A stretch of DNA of 64,000 bases, taken from assembly GCA_043228905.1 (NCBI GenBank), contig JBHGNT010000006.1, positions 8,308,001 to 8,372,000 of the forward strand, written 5' to 3'. Below the pieces are notes generated by a model. It was not told where the DNA came from, did no database searches, and saw only the letters and a program-made list of their open reading frames with translations. Positions 40,759-54,300 of this stretch are shown here, one piece after another; the stretch's first letter is position 1, and every line of letters starts with the position of its first letter. A program made the translations under genes and the position numbers. This DNA is from Azolla caroliniana (taxonomy: Eukaryota > Plantae > Polypodiophyta).

Positions 40759-43657
40759 AGATACGTGAAGCGGGAAGGAGAGATATAGAACGTAACACTT
40801 GATTTCAATAACGAGTGATTACAACGACAAGAGAATACAACTTTGGCGGTTACAACCGACAAGGCGGCGATGGACCCGACACGGGGATCCTACTCACACA
40901 CACAGACAACACTCGCTCGACCCCCAAAAACAAACAAAGAAGGGGGTGGGGAGAGTCTTTGCTGGAAGCGCACGGGTTGTCCACGAAGCAGAGGCAGCGA
41001 GCTCCCGACCCACAGAGACCGACGACTGGAGGAGAAGAGAGCGCTCGACACTCGGATCTGTAGCTACACTTCGTCCTTCCTAGCGCGCGACTTCGAACCG
41101 CTTTTTGAACGCTTTGATCCGCTTTCCGGCCACCGGCACCGCTAACCGTGTCCCGTTGAGTTCTGCGAGGTGGTACGTGCCGTTGTCGTTCGCGCTCATC
41201 ACCGTGTAGGGCCCGAACCATCTCCTAGCGAACTTTTGCACCGCCTTGTGCTGATTGTCGAGGCTGCTGTCGTATACCAAGACCCAGTCGCCTTCCTCGA
41301 TCATCTTTGGTCGTAACCGGTGCGTCCGGTTGAACAGGGTCTTGTTCCGCTCCCTTGCCGTTCGCAGCTTTTCCTTCGCCTGTATCACGTCCTCCGCCCT
41401 CTGCTCGAGTTGCCGAATCCGCACCGCCAACAACTCCTCCCGGCTCATTTCGTCCTTCCAATCTACCGCTGCCCATGAAGAAACCATCCGTTCCACCATC
41501 ATGATCGGCTTCTGTCCGTACATCAGCTCTGCCGGCATAAACCCTGTCACCGAACTGTGCGTAGTTCGGTACGCCCATAGTGCGTAAGGAAGGAGTCGCG
41601 GCCAATTCCTGACCTGCCCTCCGCATGCACGCACCAACGCCTTTACGATTGGCCCATTCCACCTTTCCGTTTGCCTTCGGATTGTACGCCGTAGTGAGGG
41701 AGAGTTTGACGCCTAGCTGGTCGAATAGCTCCTAAGCCTCCCGCGCATCCAGCTCTCCCTGGTCCACCATGATCCTGCCGACGCACCCGTACCGACACAC
41801 CACTTCTTCGATCAGGAACCGACATACCGCCGCGGTTGTCTTGCTTTGCAGTGCACGGTCTTCCACCTGGTTCGTCAAGTCTTCCTATGCAAGCACCATG
41901 TATCGCATCTGTCCTACCCCCATTGGCATCGTCACCAAGTCTACCATCCACTTGAAATGGATCGTAGGCGGGTAGGTCGGGCATAGCTCGTCTTAGTGTC
42001 GAACTACGGAGTGCATTTGACAGCTTTCGCAAGCCGTTATGAACCGATGCACGTCCTGGTACAACCCCGACCACCAGTACTTCTCCTTCAGCTTCTCGAA
42101 CGTGGCCCACGTTCTGTGGTGTCCGGCCCAAGGGCTCTCGTGAAATGTCGCCAGTAGTTCCCCCTGTTCTTCTTTCTTTGCCACTACTCGGAGTGGGATG
42201 TCGCTTCTCTTCTTTGGGTGCCTCCATATGCACCCGTCCCGCAGGAAGAATCGGTACACCTTCTTCCGTATCCGGCTTGCCTCCTCTCTCGCCCATGCTA
42301 CGTCCGCCGCCATCATCTGTAGGAGACACTCCCCATCGTACTTGCTTTCGTCAAATTTGTTAAGCGCCAGAGTGTTCCCTTCCCTCGTCGTTACGTTAGC
42401 CGACCCGAAGAAGTCCTCGCCGACTTCTTCGTCATCCGAAACCATGCCGTCTTCGTCGTTGAACCTTGCCCTCGAAAGCATGTCGGCCATGGCGTTGTCC
42501 TTTCCAGAGATGTGCCGTATCTCCGGGTTCAGGGACTTAATGTACGCTATCCATCGGAGCATTGCTAGGTCCGCACCTCCACAGGCTTCTCCGGTTCCGG
42601 CTCCGTCGAGAGCCTTTTCCGCTTCACCAAGTCTACGATAGAGTCGTGGAACTCCCTCTTGGCGATTCCCAGCACCTCCCGCAATGACAACTCCACTTTG
42701 TTGTCGAGGATACGTTCCTCCAGGACCTTTCGCAAGTCTGTGGTCCTTTCGATCTCGGTGCTCAACCGAAACCCCGCCTGCTTCTTTCCGTCCGGCGCAC
42801 CTGGGTTGCCGGCACCGGTCGGTTTCGGTCCGAACCGGGTCTTATACCTCTACGGGGACCCGACCCCTCCGGCCTTTCCTGCCCGTTTGTCCTCCACCAA
42901 AACCTCGTAGTTCTGGCAAGCGGCTTCTACGAAGCCTGTTTTCTCTTCGACCGAATCGTCCCAACCGATGACCTCCTGGACCCGTTGTTCCGCGTGGTCC
43001 GCCTCTTCCTTCTTCAGCCGAACTCCGGAGAGGCCTTCTAACACTAGCGGCCAGAATCCGGAGTCCTTCGCCTTTCGGGTCTCATCACCCCCGACCTGAA
43101 TTCCCGCCGACACCGAGTAGTTGATGGCTTCGACGTGCCGTGCCACGACCTCTTCCATCAACCTCTTCATTCCGTCGTGCCCCATATTCAGTTCTAGGGC
43201 TCTCCGGGTCTCGCTCGCGTGCACCCGCCCGTTCTCGAGGTATACCACGTTGGCCTTGAGCGCGTCGGCAAAATCTGCACAATCCTTTCGAATGTGACCG
43301 ATCACGTCACACCACATGCACCGTTGCCCAGCCGGCGGCCTCCGGTCGCGACGTTGTTCGCCGATGTCTCTCCGGGCCTGTGCGATCTGCAGGTCGCGCA
43401 CCATTTGTGTCAGCTCCTCCAGAGCCGCTCCTCCGGATGGGCCCCTAACCGCGTCGTTCGATGCCGACCCTGAGTTTGGCCAGATTCGGGTCTCTTCCTT
43501 CCTACCGGCCGGCACCGATACCGGCTCCTCGAGCCTCCTACCCGGGACCGGCCCCTACCCTGACGAGCTTTCCAATAGGGGACCCACCTTTTCCCTGTCG
43601 AGCGCATCCACCAACTTGACAAACAGTAGTACTCGACTTGTTTTGAGCACCGTCCGG

Positions 43658-44376
43658 TGTCGTGAAGATTTTCGTCCACAAGCGGAAACCTAAGCAACGA
43701 GAGCCAAAGAGTGATGTGCAACGTTGCACACGTACATAATGTATTTGTAATAGTAATAAGGGTAAAGTGTATGATGCTAGAAATGCCCCATAGGATCCCT
43801 AAGGTATAAAGGTGATGTGGTCTTGTGCGCACATCCACGCGAGAGAGAGAGAGCGGTACTATGCGGTACATAGGTACCTAGTTGTTTGTGTGGAGGTGGG
43901 AGTTAAGGGGCCATCAATCTCACCCTCCCCAAATCAAGGCAAATATCCCCTTTGAATGAAAGGGGATATTTTAGTCTCACTTTTGTAAACGGTCTTCCCT
44001 CCTTGTGCTATAAAAGGAGAGGAAAGGCACCATTGTGGGGGTTGCCTATTTTGAGTGTGCGAGGTATACCACATAGGTCGAGCGTTAGGGTTAGGGTTAG
44101 GGTTTCTTTATCTTTATCTTCATCTTCATCGATTAGGGTTTCGAGTAATCGTTTGGTGCGGCCCATGCGACCACCATTTTGTAATCGTTCATTTCGTTTT
44201 AATACATCTGTTGATCATCTCGTCTCCATCTTCCTCTTGTTCGATCTAATCTCTTGTTCATTCTTCTTCTTCTTGAGCAAAGCTTCCATTCCATGTCCGA
44301 TTCCTTCTCCTCTACTCCTTAGTCCAAGACCCCCGTGGTCCCGCCCTTCTCCACGCACGCGCGTAGCAACGCGACA
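43658..44376 (+). mobile_element. Solo LTR (CCGG-family Gypsy) in the gag of element C
   Basis: TGTCGTGAAG...ACGCGACA with perfect TSD CCGG (43654-43657 and 44377-44380). Internal TATAAAAG. Confidence 0.92.
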
Positions 44377-44823
44377 CCGGTCTAGCATCGACAGCCGCAC
44401 GAACCGTTTTTCGAACTCCTGGAGGAGCACCGACGTGTTCCTCCCCTTTCCGGGGCTTTCCACCCACGCCATGAAGTTCCGCCTCGACAGCCGAAGCGAG
44501 TCATCAAACCCGTACTTCTCGAGGAGCTGCAGCTCGAACTCCTCCCAAGTCTGGCATCCGGCCAGCACCTCGAGCACCTTAGTGTGGATGCCCGACGTCA
44601 CCACCCGAGGGAATCTGGATAGTCGCCTGTCCACCGGGATATCCCTCATGATCATTCACGGTGGCGTGTTTCCCTCCAAAGCGGCCTATAGAGCCGACGA
44701 TCGATTCAATGGCTCTGTCGAAGGTACTCGTCCCTTCACGAGCGCTCACCAGCCAGTCGACGGCCACCGCCATTGCCTCTGCTAGCTCTGATCCCCTCAT
44801 CTTTGGACTCCTCTGCCGCCCCG

Positions 44824-44841
44824 TTCACGTTGGGTTCACCA
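44824..44841 (-). promoter_or_regulatory. Primer-binding site complementary to tRNA-Trp
   Basis: The plus strand reads TTCACGTTGGGTTCACCA, 4 nt from the 5' LTR. The plant tRNA-Trp 3' end, from memory, is TTCACGTCGGGTTCACCA (one mismatch). Confidence 0.75.
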
Positions 44842-44907
44842 AATATGTCGCGTTGTTACGCGCTTGCGTGGAGAAAGGGGCGGGACCACGGGGGTCTTGA
44901 ACCGAGG

Positions 44908-44951
<44 letters not shown>

Positions 44952-45909
44952 AGATACACGAAGTGGGAAGGAGAGATCTAGAATGTAACACTTGATTTCA
45001 ATAACGAGTGATTACAACGACAAGAGAATACAACTCTGGCGGTTACAACCAACAAGGCGGCGATGGACCTGACACGGGGATCCTAGTCACACACACAGAC
45101 AACACTCGCTCGACCCCCAAAAACAAACAAAGAAGGGGGGGGGGGGAGAGCCTCTGCTGGAAGAGCACGGGCTATCCACGAAGCAGAGGCAGCGAGCTCC
45201 CGACCCACAGAGACCGACGACCGGAGGAGAAGAGAGCGCTCGGCACTCGGATCTGCAGCAGCACTTCGTCCCTCCTAGCGCGCGATCCCCTTCTCCCCTC
45301 TCTCCTCTCCTCCTTTTAAACCCATCCTCTTGTCAATTTGCTTTATTCCTTGTTCCCCCTGACAGAGATACGCACAATCCCCTAATAAATGTGTGCTACC
45401 TTGTATTTACATCCACTGATCCATTTATGAATCATGTACAAAATGTCAAGTCACGCGTCCATCCGTGTAAGAGCCGGTTTATGCGCTTTCTCTCCGATTC
45501 CGCAGATGGCCAGTTTTCTTCATGACACCGGTGAGTGTCGTTCCCTCGATCATGTCCGGAACGACTATTGTTGATGCCTCAATGGATGTGTGTAGGATCT
45601 ATGTATCGATGGAGTTAACTCCTCGATGTCAATAAGGAGATTTGTTACAAGAAGGAGGAGAGGAAGCTCTAGCTCTTAAACAATAGAGAGATCTTAACAA
45701 ATGGAAGAACCCTTACAAAGCCACCACCATGTGGTTTATATAGCATTTACATTTAGGCTATGGACCTTTCACACTTGGATGTCCCTTAGCCCTCTTTCCT
45801 CTTGCCATTCCCTCTTCGTAGGTCCTTTAGCCATACTATGTCTTTGTTGATGCACTCTTCTTCATTACCGGTCATGGTGCGATCGAAGCGCTTAAAATCC
45901 CCCCCAACT

Positions 45910-46600
45910 TAATGAGTGCACACTCCTGGGTGCACTATGAGAGGGGAGCTTCGGGCGTTGGGGGCGGGAAGGATAGAGAAGGGGGGCTCGTCGGGGGGTG
46001 GTCAGTGGCGAGTTCGTGGGCCTACTGGACCAGTTGAGGATCGTGTGCCCACTTGAGGAACTCACCGGTAATACGGTTGATGGCGTCGGTGGAGGCGATG
46101 TCACCAATTTGGGCAATGGCGCTACAACGATCGTGGAGGTGAGGGGGAATTTCGGTGAAACACCAACCTTCACATTCAGAATACTCGGAGTAGACGGCGG
46201 GGATGATGTTGGGGATGACGCCATGGGCCTTCGTGGTGTAGAAGGGAATGCCATCCACCGGCAAATGTAGCGTAGTGCAAACGTCAGCGACGTTGAACTG
46301 GAACTCGACAGGGGTAGCATCCCCGAAGGCGTGCATGCGAACGTGGCTGGTATTGGGGTTGTATCCTGTGAGGAACCGGTTGACTAGCTCGGGAAGTACA
46401 CCCCAAAGGCCAATCGTGAGGAAGAACTTGAGGCCCGGTAGTTACAACGGGTGTTGTTGAACTTGGCTTGAATTACCAAGGAGCCACAGCCGGCGTCAGA
46501 GTAGTACGCGTGGAGGAGCTTGGTGAATGGGGTGGACGCGATCGATTATAACCTGCTAGGACAAAGATTAGTATAGCCGTATGAGGGTATACCAATTCTT
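45910..46600 (-). pseudogene. Extra ORF just inside a PPT; resembles plant retrotransposon 3' extra ORFs (Transposase_32-like)
   Basis: Reads ...PELVNRFLTGYNPNTSHVRMHAFG...FNVADVCTTLHLPVDG. Ends next to an rc PPT (CCCCCCC at ~45899-45905) with LTR-like sequence to its left. Confidence 0.4.
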
Positions 46601-47457
46601 ACACTCCCTGGCCCTTGTCTACACAACAATACGACCGACGATAGTGTATTTATTGATTGATGTGAATGACTTATTTTGATTAGTTATAATTATTATAATT
46701 GAAAGTAGGATGAGGTGTTTGGAGGGGTAGTGATATTTATATTTATATTTTAAAGGTACAGACGGGTTAGTGTTTAGGTTGTGTTTGGGTGGCGGGGGCC
46801 TCTCGGCGGACTGGGGGTGAGTGGTTCGAAGTTCTTCGAACCGGGAGTGAGTGGTTCAAAGAGGGCTTCTCTTCGAACTGGGGGTGGGGGGTTCAAGGTT
46901 CTTCAAACCGGGAGTGAGTGGTTCGAAGAGTACCTCTCTTCGAACCGGGGCGAAGGGGGCCAGGGGGAAGGGGTTCGAAGAGCAACACGAAGGGAGAGTC
47001 GTGAGGGGATGGAACGAGGCTGCGCGTGAAGCAGCCAGATGCGACCGCCGGTGACAAGAGGGCAGCCGAATTGGATGGGAATCCACTGAGGGTTTTGTGG
47101 GGGTTTGGGAAATTTAGGGGCTTTTGGGTGGGGTTGAGGTGGCGGGGGTGGTTGAGGTGTTCGAGTGTTGTTCGAGGGCCTTTGTATGCCTTTAAGGACC
47201 CAAACCTGTGACGTCCTTTCCAGGGGGAAAGGGGGCACCTGTGTGGTAGTGTTATAGGGAATCCGACCTCCTAGTTGTTGAGTCCGGCCGAGGTTCATGG
47301 CCTTAACCTGGGCGGGGTATTTGGTCGATGTCCGGAGTTGTCAGGTGTCTTGTGTAGTCGTGGTATGGTCGTGGGTGGGAAGTCGACTTCATTTCAAGAC
47401 CTAGAAGTGAGTGGCACCTTTGTGCCAACCTTGGGCATGTGTGAGTTCTTTTCTAAC

Positions 47458-48054
47458 TCACCAAATAGCACATTCGTTGCGGCTAGGTCCTTCGGCAAAA
47501 ATCACGTGGACGTTCACCCATTTGCGTGGTGTGGATGTCCTTGTTTCGATGTTAATGTTACTCTGGCCTTGGTTGGCTAGTGGTTGGGCGAGTTCTTTTT
47601 GGTTGGGTGGTTTCACGCTCTGGAGGTCATCAAGATTGGTGGAACGTGGTTCAAGTGTTGTTGCAACAAGTTTCTCGGACTTCGCACCATTTGCAGTTGG
47701 GAAGGAAACAATGTTCTTGCTTGGTAATAGGAGACATTCGCTTACGTGATACCAATCCAAACCGAGGAGGCACGGGGTGTACAACACTTTCTGTGGGAGG
47801 ACCCGAACTCGAATTGCATGGCCACTGTATTGTGTCTTGATGTTACACACGAAGGTTCCGAGGCAGCGTGATGTGGAATAATCGAATCTAAGAAAGTTGT
47901 CGTTGCATACTTCGAGGTCCGAGCAACCTAGATGTCTCCATGTTTTGAAGGAGAAAAGGGTTAGTGATGCTCCGGTGTCGATTACCGCCATTAAAGGTAC
48001 ATCATCGGCGAAGCATGGTAGGTGCATCATCAGGTTGTCGTGAAGATCCGTCAC
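47458..48054 (-). CDS. Retroviral-type aspartic protease ORF
   Basis: AVIDTGASLTLFS and CLLGLDW motifs. Confidence 0.75.
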   Translation of the reverse strand: MTDLHDNLMMHLPCFADDVPLMAVIDTGASLTLFSFKTWRHLGCSDLEVCNDNFLRFDYSTSRCLGTFVCNIKTQYSGHAIRVRVLPQKVLYTPCLLGLDWYHVSECLLLPSKNIVSFPTANGAKSEKLVATTLEPRSTNLDDLQSVKPPNQKELAQPLANQGQSNINIETRTSTPRKWVNVHVIFAEGPSRNECAIW

Positions 48055-49299
48055 TACGCGCGGATCGTGAGGCGGAACCGCCGGGGTTTTGGACCGGAAG
48101 GATTCAAAATCGGTAAAAGCTTTGGTGCAAGCTTTAGCGAGAAAGTACTTAAGATAGATTGGGAAAGAGAGAAGTTGAGATTACACGATTGAGAGAGATT
48201 GATTGAACTTTTAACTTTAGATTTAAGAAACAAGTTACACGATCAATTTGATAACGAATTTCTTCCTCTTAATTTTCATAAAAAAAACTGTGTTTTTTCT
48301 CCTCCCCCTTCCCTCTTTTATAGATGCTCTCATGCATATGATGCATGTGAGGGTACAAGACATGCATAAATTGCATGTTTGCCATTTGGCGCTTATGTAT
48401 TACATGTGGTGCATGATAACCATGTCACTCATTTTAGTTCTCATGTACGAGAATTTACATGTAAAAGTACAATGATAGAAATATAATTTCAACTAAATAG
48501 CATGGCTTAATGGTAAGCCAATTGACTCCTAACTTGGAGGTGCTAGGTTTGAATCCTTACTTGCCCTCCTTGTATATGTAAATATGTATATATATTTATA
48601 TATTTATTTATCTAGTCGTCGGACGCCGGTTCGCCGGATGCCGTCAGTTACCATTGTCATCGCCGGATACCGGTGCATCGCCGGATGCCGTCGGTTACCG
48701 GTGCCTCGCCGGATTGTCGTCGGATGCCGTCGGATCACCGGCTCCATCGTCGGTCCGGTTTTGGTTGGCCAAAACCCTTTACGAGTAGCTAGCCCACCTC
48801 CACTCTTAGTTCAAGTTACCTTGAACTCTCTATGCTCCACACATAGACACAAAGATAATATCTTTTGCTCCACCTTATATATGATGAGAGCTGTATTTGT
48901 CGTGCCTATGTGGGATATCTCACAATTTTCTCCTTTCCTTTTACAAACTTTATACCCTCATATCTTGACATTTAGTTGTCCGTTTCTCGTGTAATAAAAT
49001 GCATTCGAAACCTCCATCATTTTCTACTTAGATATTAAATCTATTTAAAATGTTATCTTCACAATTATTGTACTATGTGATTCATACTCGATGTACGTTT
49101 TATGGGATTTTCACACTATTGCCGAAAATCTTTACGACAACGTCATTAGAGTTGATCGCCTTAGCCATAGCTGCAAGGTGGGTGTCCCCTTGTCTTTTCA
49201 GTTTCGCTTGCACATTGTGAAGGTCGGTTTCCAGTCGAGCCATTCAGCCTTTGGATGCCTTGAGTTTGGCTTCCACTTCTCGTTGTCGAGCCGTGAGTA

Positions 49300-49820
49300 G
49301 GGCTTCGAGGGTGAGGGGTCCGTAGTAACGTTTGAGCTTGCTCCTATTGATGAATCCTGGGATGTTGTGTCCTTCAATCGTGCGTATTCGACATGCTCCT
49401 ATCTTGGTAATCTCTGAGACCACATAGGGGCCTTCGCCTCATAATTTGAGGTTCTTTTTGTGTCGTTGAGAGGTGAATTTGAGAGCCATGTCCCCTTCAG
49501 CTAGGTCTTTATCTCTTAATTTGTTGTCGTGCCACGCCTTTCTATTGGATTTCTCTATCAAGAGTGCTTGGAATGCGAGAAGGCGAGTTTCGGTCAACCA
49601 TCCTAGGTTCTCTAGGCGTGACAGGAGGGGGTTCCCATCCATCGTTTTTGGACGGCTATCTTGAGGCTATGGACAGGTAACTCGATGGGCAATACCGCTT
49701 CTTGTCCATATACTAGTTTGAATGGTGTGTGACAAGTTGCTACTTTGTAGGAGGTGCAGAAGGCCCACAATGTCGCTTGGAGTTTGGTGTTCCAATCGGC
49801 TTTGCAATTATCTTCACAAA
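49300..49820 (-). pseudogene. Gypsy (non-chromovirus type) integrase C-terminal fragment
   Basis: DWNTKLQATLWAF.TSYKVAT.HTPFKLVYGQEAVLP, KAWHD, GEGPYVV and NRSKLKRYY motifs. Confidence 0.8.
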
Positions 49821-49856
49821 TCGGATCACAAATTGTGTCACCATTTCATGGGGTTC

Positions 49857-50927
49857 CTAATATGTTGCATAGAATTGATCGATTAGATCCTTATGTGGGA
49901 CCAGTCTATGAAATAATTGTATGAATCTAGTAGTTAATTGTTCGAATGACTCGAATGCTCTAAGGCCGTTCTTGGCAAACCAATTTGCCAACGGGCCATG
50001 GAGAGATAACACAAACTCAACAATTTTAGACTTGTCTTCGGTTGCCGCCGACAGTCGTTGAGCACCATGGTTATATTCCCATATTGTTAAGAAATCCCTC
50101 ATGTGCGCCTCTGCATCAGCGCCACCTCGATACTTCGAGTATGGGTAAGGCATATTGTCATCACCCTAGATGTCGTACAAAGAAACTTGTTCAGACTGAC
50201 CTTCATCCAGAGAATTTTCAGTTAAATCGGGAATTGAGGACCACTCCCAATCCTCACGTTGCTACTGCGTAGGTTGACAATTATCAACCAAATCCACTAC
50301 GGTTTGAGTTGTTGAGTGTGTGTGAGGACATTTACGACCTACCAGGCTTTCCGGACTAGGCGACATCCATTCGAACTTGTTCTCTACTGAATGCAGATGA
50401 AACCAGACGTGCCAAAATTATTGTGTTGTTCAACCAACAATCAACTACTAAGACCGACAACATAATAAGGTCGAACGTTCTATCAAGAAATTGTGGAGTA
50501 CGAATGGAATGTAAACAAAATTACTAGGTAACTTACGATATCATATTTATGTATCGTGATCAACTGATTGACATAACATAGTTGCCAGCAGAATAAGACT
50601 GAGTCGAATACATGAGAGATTACTCAACACCTAGGCAATACAAATTTCTACTAACTAATAACTATATTAAACTCAAAACGGAACTGTAGTGTTACAATGT
50701 GTTTTTGGCTCTTGCTTATAGGTAACCGAAAGACAGAATCATCAAGAATTACATCTTGCCTCATCGGCAAGAACTATCCAAAACTTCTAACTAAATTTAC
50801 TTTCTATATTTTTTTATTTAGTCAGCAAAAATGTTGACTCATCGATCCGACTCCAACTCTATATTTTTCGAATGTTGTCAACTCCGATGCTTCTACACTT
50901 GTTCGACTCTTACCCTGACTAACTAAC
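49857..50927 (-). mobile_element. Gypsy 5' fragment: LTR (~50420-50927), PBS-like TGGCACGTC and retrotransposon gag
   Basis: ORF 49857-50153 (KYRGGADAEAHMRDF...SLHGPLANWF...FEQLTTRF). GACGTGCCA lies just left of a TG...CA segment. Confidence 0.6.
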
Positions 50928-51367
50928 AGACTTGGGCAAACGACAGAAAAGGATAGAATGCCTTTTCAGGAAGTATTACCTTTAGAACCTTTCCAAAAAT
51001 GGGTCTTAGACTTTGTTGTTCCATTAAAACCAACTGTTCTAAGAACCGGGAATTGCAATATTAAAGTAACTACAGACTACTATACGAAATGGGTTGAAGC
51101 TAAACCCTTATGGGATAACACGACTGCGTCGACAACGAAATTTTTGTACGAAAACATATGGTGTCGGTTCGACTGTCCGATCAAATTAGTCAATGATCAA
51201 GGTACTCATTTCATAAACAAAATAGTACATGTGTTATCTTCATATTATGCAGTAGTACACAAAAGAGTACTCCGTACAACCCTCAGGCCAATGGATTGGC
51301 CAAATCAACTAACAAAACCTTACAAAGGATTTTAAGAAAAATAGTCAACGAAAACAAAATTGATTGG
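50928..51367 (+). pseudogene. Gypsy integrase core fragment
   Basis: PFQKWVLDFV, TDYYTKWVEAKP and NDQGTHF motifs. Confidence 0.85.
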
Positions 51368-54300
51368 TGTCATGATAACACTTATATACGACTTGGGTTT
51401 ACAAGGAATCAAACCCACAACCTTGTTATATACTTGTCAAGTTCTTAACCATTGTAATGATATATTTATATTTAAAGAATTTATAAACTATATAAAAAAT
51501 TATAAAGTATTCTAGAGTACTCTATGTTTTAGAATGTTCTAGAATATTCTAGAGTGCTCTATTATCTAGAACGTTCTAGAATATTCTAGCATAATCTTTA
51601 TTCTAGGACTTTCTAGAATACCCTGTTAAGACTTATAAATACACATCTAATAATAAGGGATGAACCAATTTGGTTCAACGCCATTGTAGAGTTCCCTTGT
51701 TGTTTACTCATTGTATTCCATCTTCTAGTGCAATACATTATCTTTACAATACTCTCTCTCTCTCTCTCTCAGTCTTGACAGTTTGAACCAAAAAATTTCT
51801 TTTCTCCCTCATTTCTTTCTCTTCCAAGAACCTTAATAAGTTTCCTTCTTTCTTTTCCTCTTCCCTTGTAAGATATGGAGTCCATGACCAAACAAGAATA
51901 TATGCGTGTCCTTTCTAAGCTCGACATGCTCGCGAAAAAATTTGTGGCACTAGAGCAAGAAATTCAAAGGCTACTACTCGGGGACCTACAACATGTGAGT
52001 ACCGAGAAAGCACAACAATATGAAGAGTTTTCACAACGAGTTCGCCAACTCAAGGCTACTATATTATCATTATGAGAACAACCGTCGGGGGTTCAAAACT
52101 ACCCCAAAGAACTGAAGATTAGCCTCCCTGCTAAGTTTGATGGTACGAGGTCTCTATCTCGAAGCTTTTTGAATCAAGTACGTTTGGTTATTTAGTTACA
52201 TCCCAATCGATACCCAACGGAAGTTGCTTGTGTGGGATTAGTAGGAACCTTGCTAAGCGGTACAACACTAGCATGGTTTGCACCACTCCTCAAGAAGAAA
52301 TCACCGTTGTTGGAGGATTTTGAGGCGTTTGTTAAGGAGTTTCAAGCTATCTTCGGAGATACCAACAACACTAGGACGGAAATAAACAAGATTTGAAGGC
52401 TCCGACAAGGAGATCATCCCGCGTCGCCTTACGCAGCCAATTTCCGTCTCTTGGCATGCGATATCCCTTGGGATGAGGCAGTTCTAATGGATCAATTCCG
52501 TCAAGGTTTGCGCAATGATGTCAAAGATCTTCTTCTTACTTTTCATGAAGATCCAAAATCTCTTACAGAGACAATTACTCGAGTTGTGCGATGTGATAAT
52601 CGCCTATTTGAGCAACGCTCGAAGCGCCAACAAATGTTGCGCCGTCAACCGAAACAAACATAAGCTTCTATAGTCGTAATGCCTCCACAAGTTTCTAGAC
52701 CCATCACGAGGGATGGCCCAACACCAATGGAAATAGAGTCAACACAACGTCGGGGGCCCTTATCGGATGCTGAGAAGCAACGACGTCGAGCACATTGCTT
52801 ATGTCTATATTGTGGGGGTCCAAGATATATAGCCATGAATTGTCCGTATAAACCTAGACGTCAAGTATACCAAGTAAGTGCACAAGACAACCCTACTTCA
52901 AGCTCCATTATTACTTCTAATAACATAAGTAAGCCTAGTAGTCCATGCCATGAGAATAGATTCGATGTCTTGAGCCAATTAGAGGATGTGTTAAACGAAT
53001 AACTCCAGCCAAAATAGGAGTCATTTGGTTGGACAATCCAAGATATGTAGAGTTAATTCCTAGTCATGGTTCCATTTCATCAAATCAAGTTAGTCGAGTT
53101 TTTTCTGCAACAGTTGAGCTTAGCACATCGACATGTCATCGAGTCCTAGCCTCTGGCCTCTTATATTCTGGAGCCAAATCTTGTTTCATTGATCGTGAGT
53201 TTGCATTGACACAAAAAATCCTCTTGAATAACCTCCTGAACCTAGTATCCATAGAAGTTATTGATGGCCGTCCCATAGCATCAGGTGATATAGTCGAAGA
53301 GTCTAGAGCCAATTTGTGTAGTTCTTGGTGATTTGGCAAGCATAATCTCTTTCAATATTATTCGTAGTCCAAAACACCCATTAGTTCTAGGTCTCCCTTG
53401 GTTTGAACTACATAACCCGAAGATTGATTGGATGAAAAGAACAATTGAGGAATCCCAAGAAAAAAGAAATACACTAGCATCCCTCAACACTCCAATATTT
53501 GATAATGGATTCCATAAGTTATCAACCATCTCTCTCCATCAGTTATGTGAGGAAGGGGGGAACGAGGACATGTTCATATTTGCAATCGTAGCAACTCCAT
53601 CAAGCCCATCACCCATCTTACCGCAGCCGGACGTCCAATTACCAAAAAAATACAAAGAATTTTCAGACGTCTTTGATAAGGTGAAGGCAAATACATTGCC
53701 AGAGCATAGGCCATACGACTACCTTATTGACTTACAACCAGGGAAAGAATCGCCATGGGGGCCAATTTATAATCTCTCACCTATAGAGCTAGAGACTTTG
53801 CGGGAATATATCGATGAGAATCTAACAAACGGATTCATCCGGCATTCTAGACCCCCTGCTGGTGCACCTATCTTCTTTGTTAAGAAGAAAAATAGGTCTC
53901 TTCGGTTGGTCGTGGATTATCGAGGGCTAAACAAAGTGACTATCCGGAATAGATATGCTCTAATATTGATCTCAAACCTTTTGGAATGTCTCAGTGGAGC
54001 AAAATATTTCACAAAATTGGACCTTCGCGGTGCATACAATCTAATTCAGATTCGTCCAGGGGATGAATGGAAAACTGCTTTTCGCACTCGTTATGGACAT
54101 TTCGAGTATACCCTGATGCCATTCGGTCTCACAAATGCGCCTGTAGTGTTCCAGCATATGGCAAATGATATTTTTCGAGATTTTCTCGATATCTTCACTA
54201 TAGTTTACCTGGACGACATTTTGATGTACTCGAAGACTAAAGAGGAGCATGATAAACATGTTCGTCAGGTATTACGTCGACTACGAGAATATGGTCTCTC

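Noticed and set aside
43952-44785. 277-aa plus-strand ORF
   Set aside because: It spans a solo LTR and the antisense strand of gag and has no domain signal.
51510-51620. TTCTAGAA palindromic repeats
   Set aside because: They lie within the U3 of the Tcn1-like LTR, where short enhancer-like repeats are common, and have no link to the DNA-transposon arrays.
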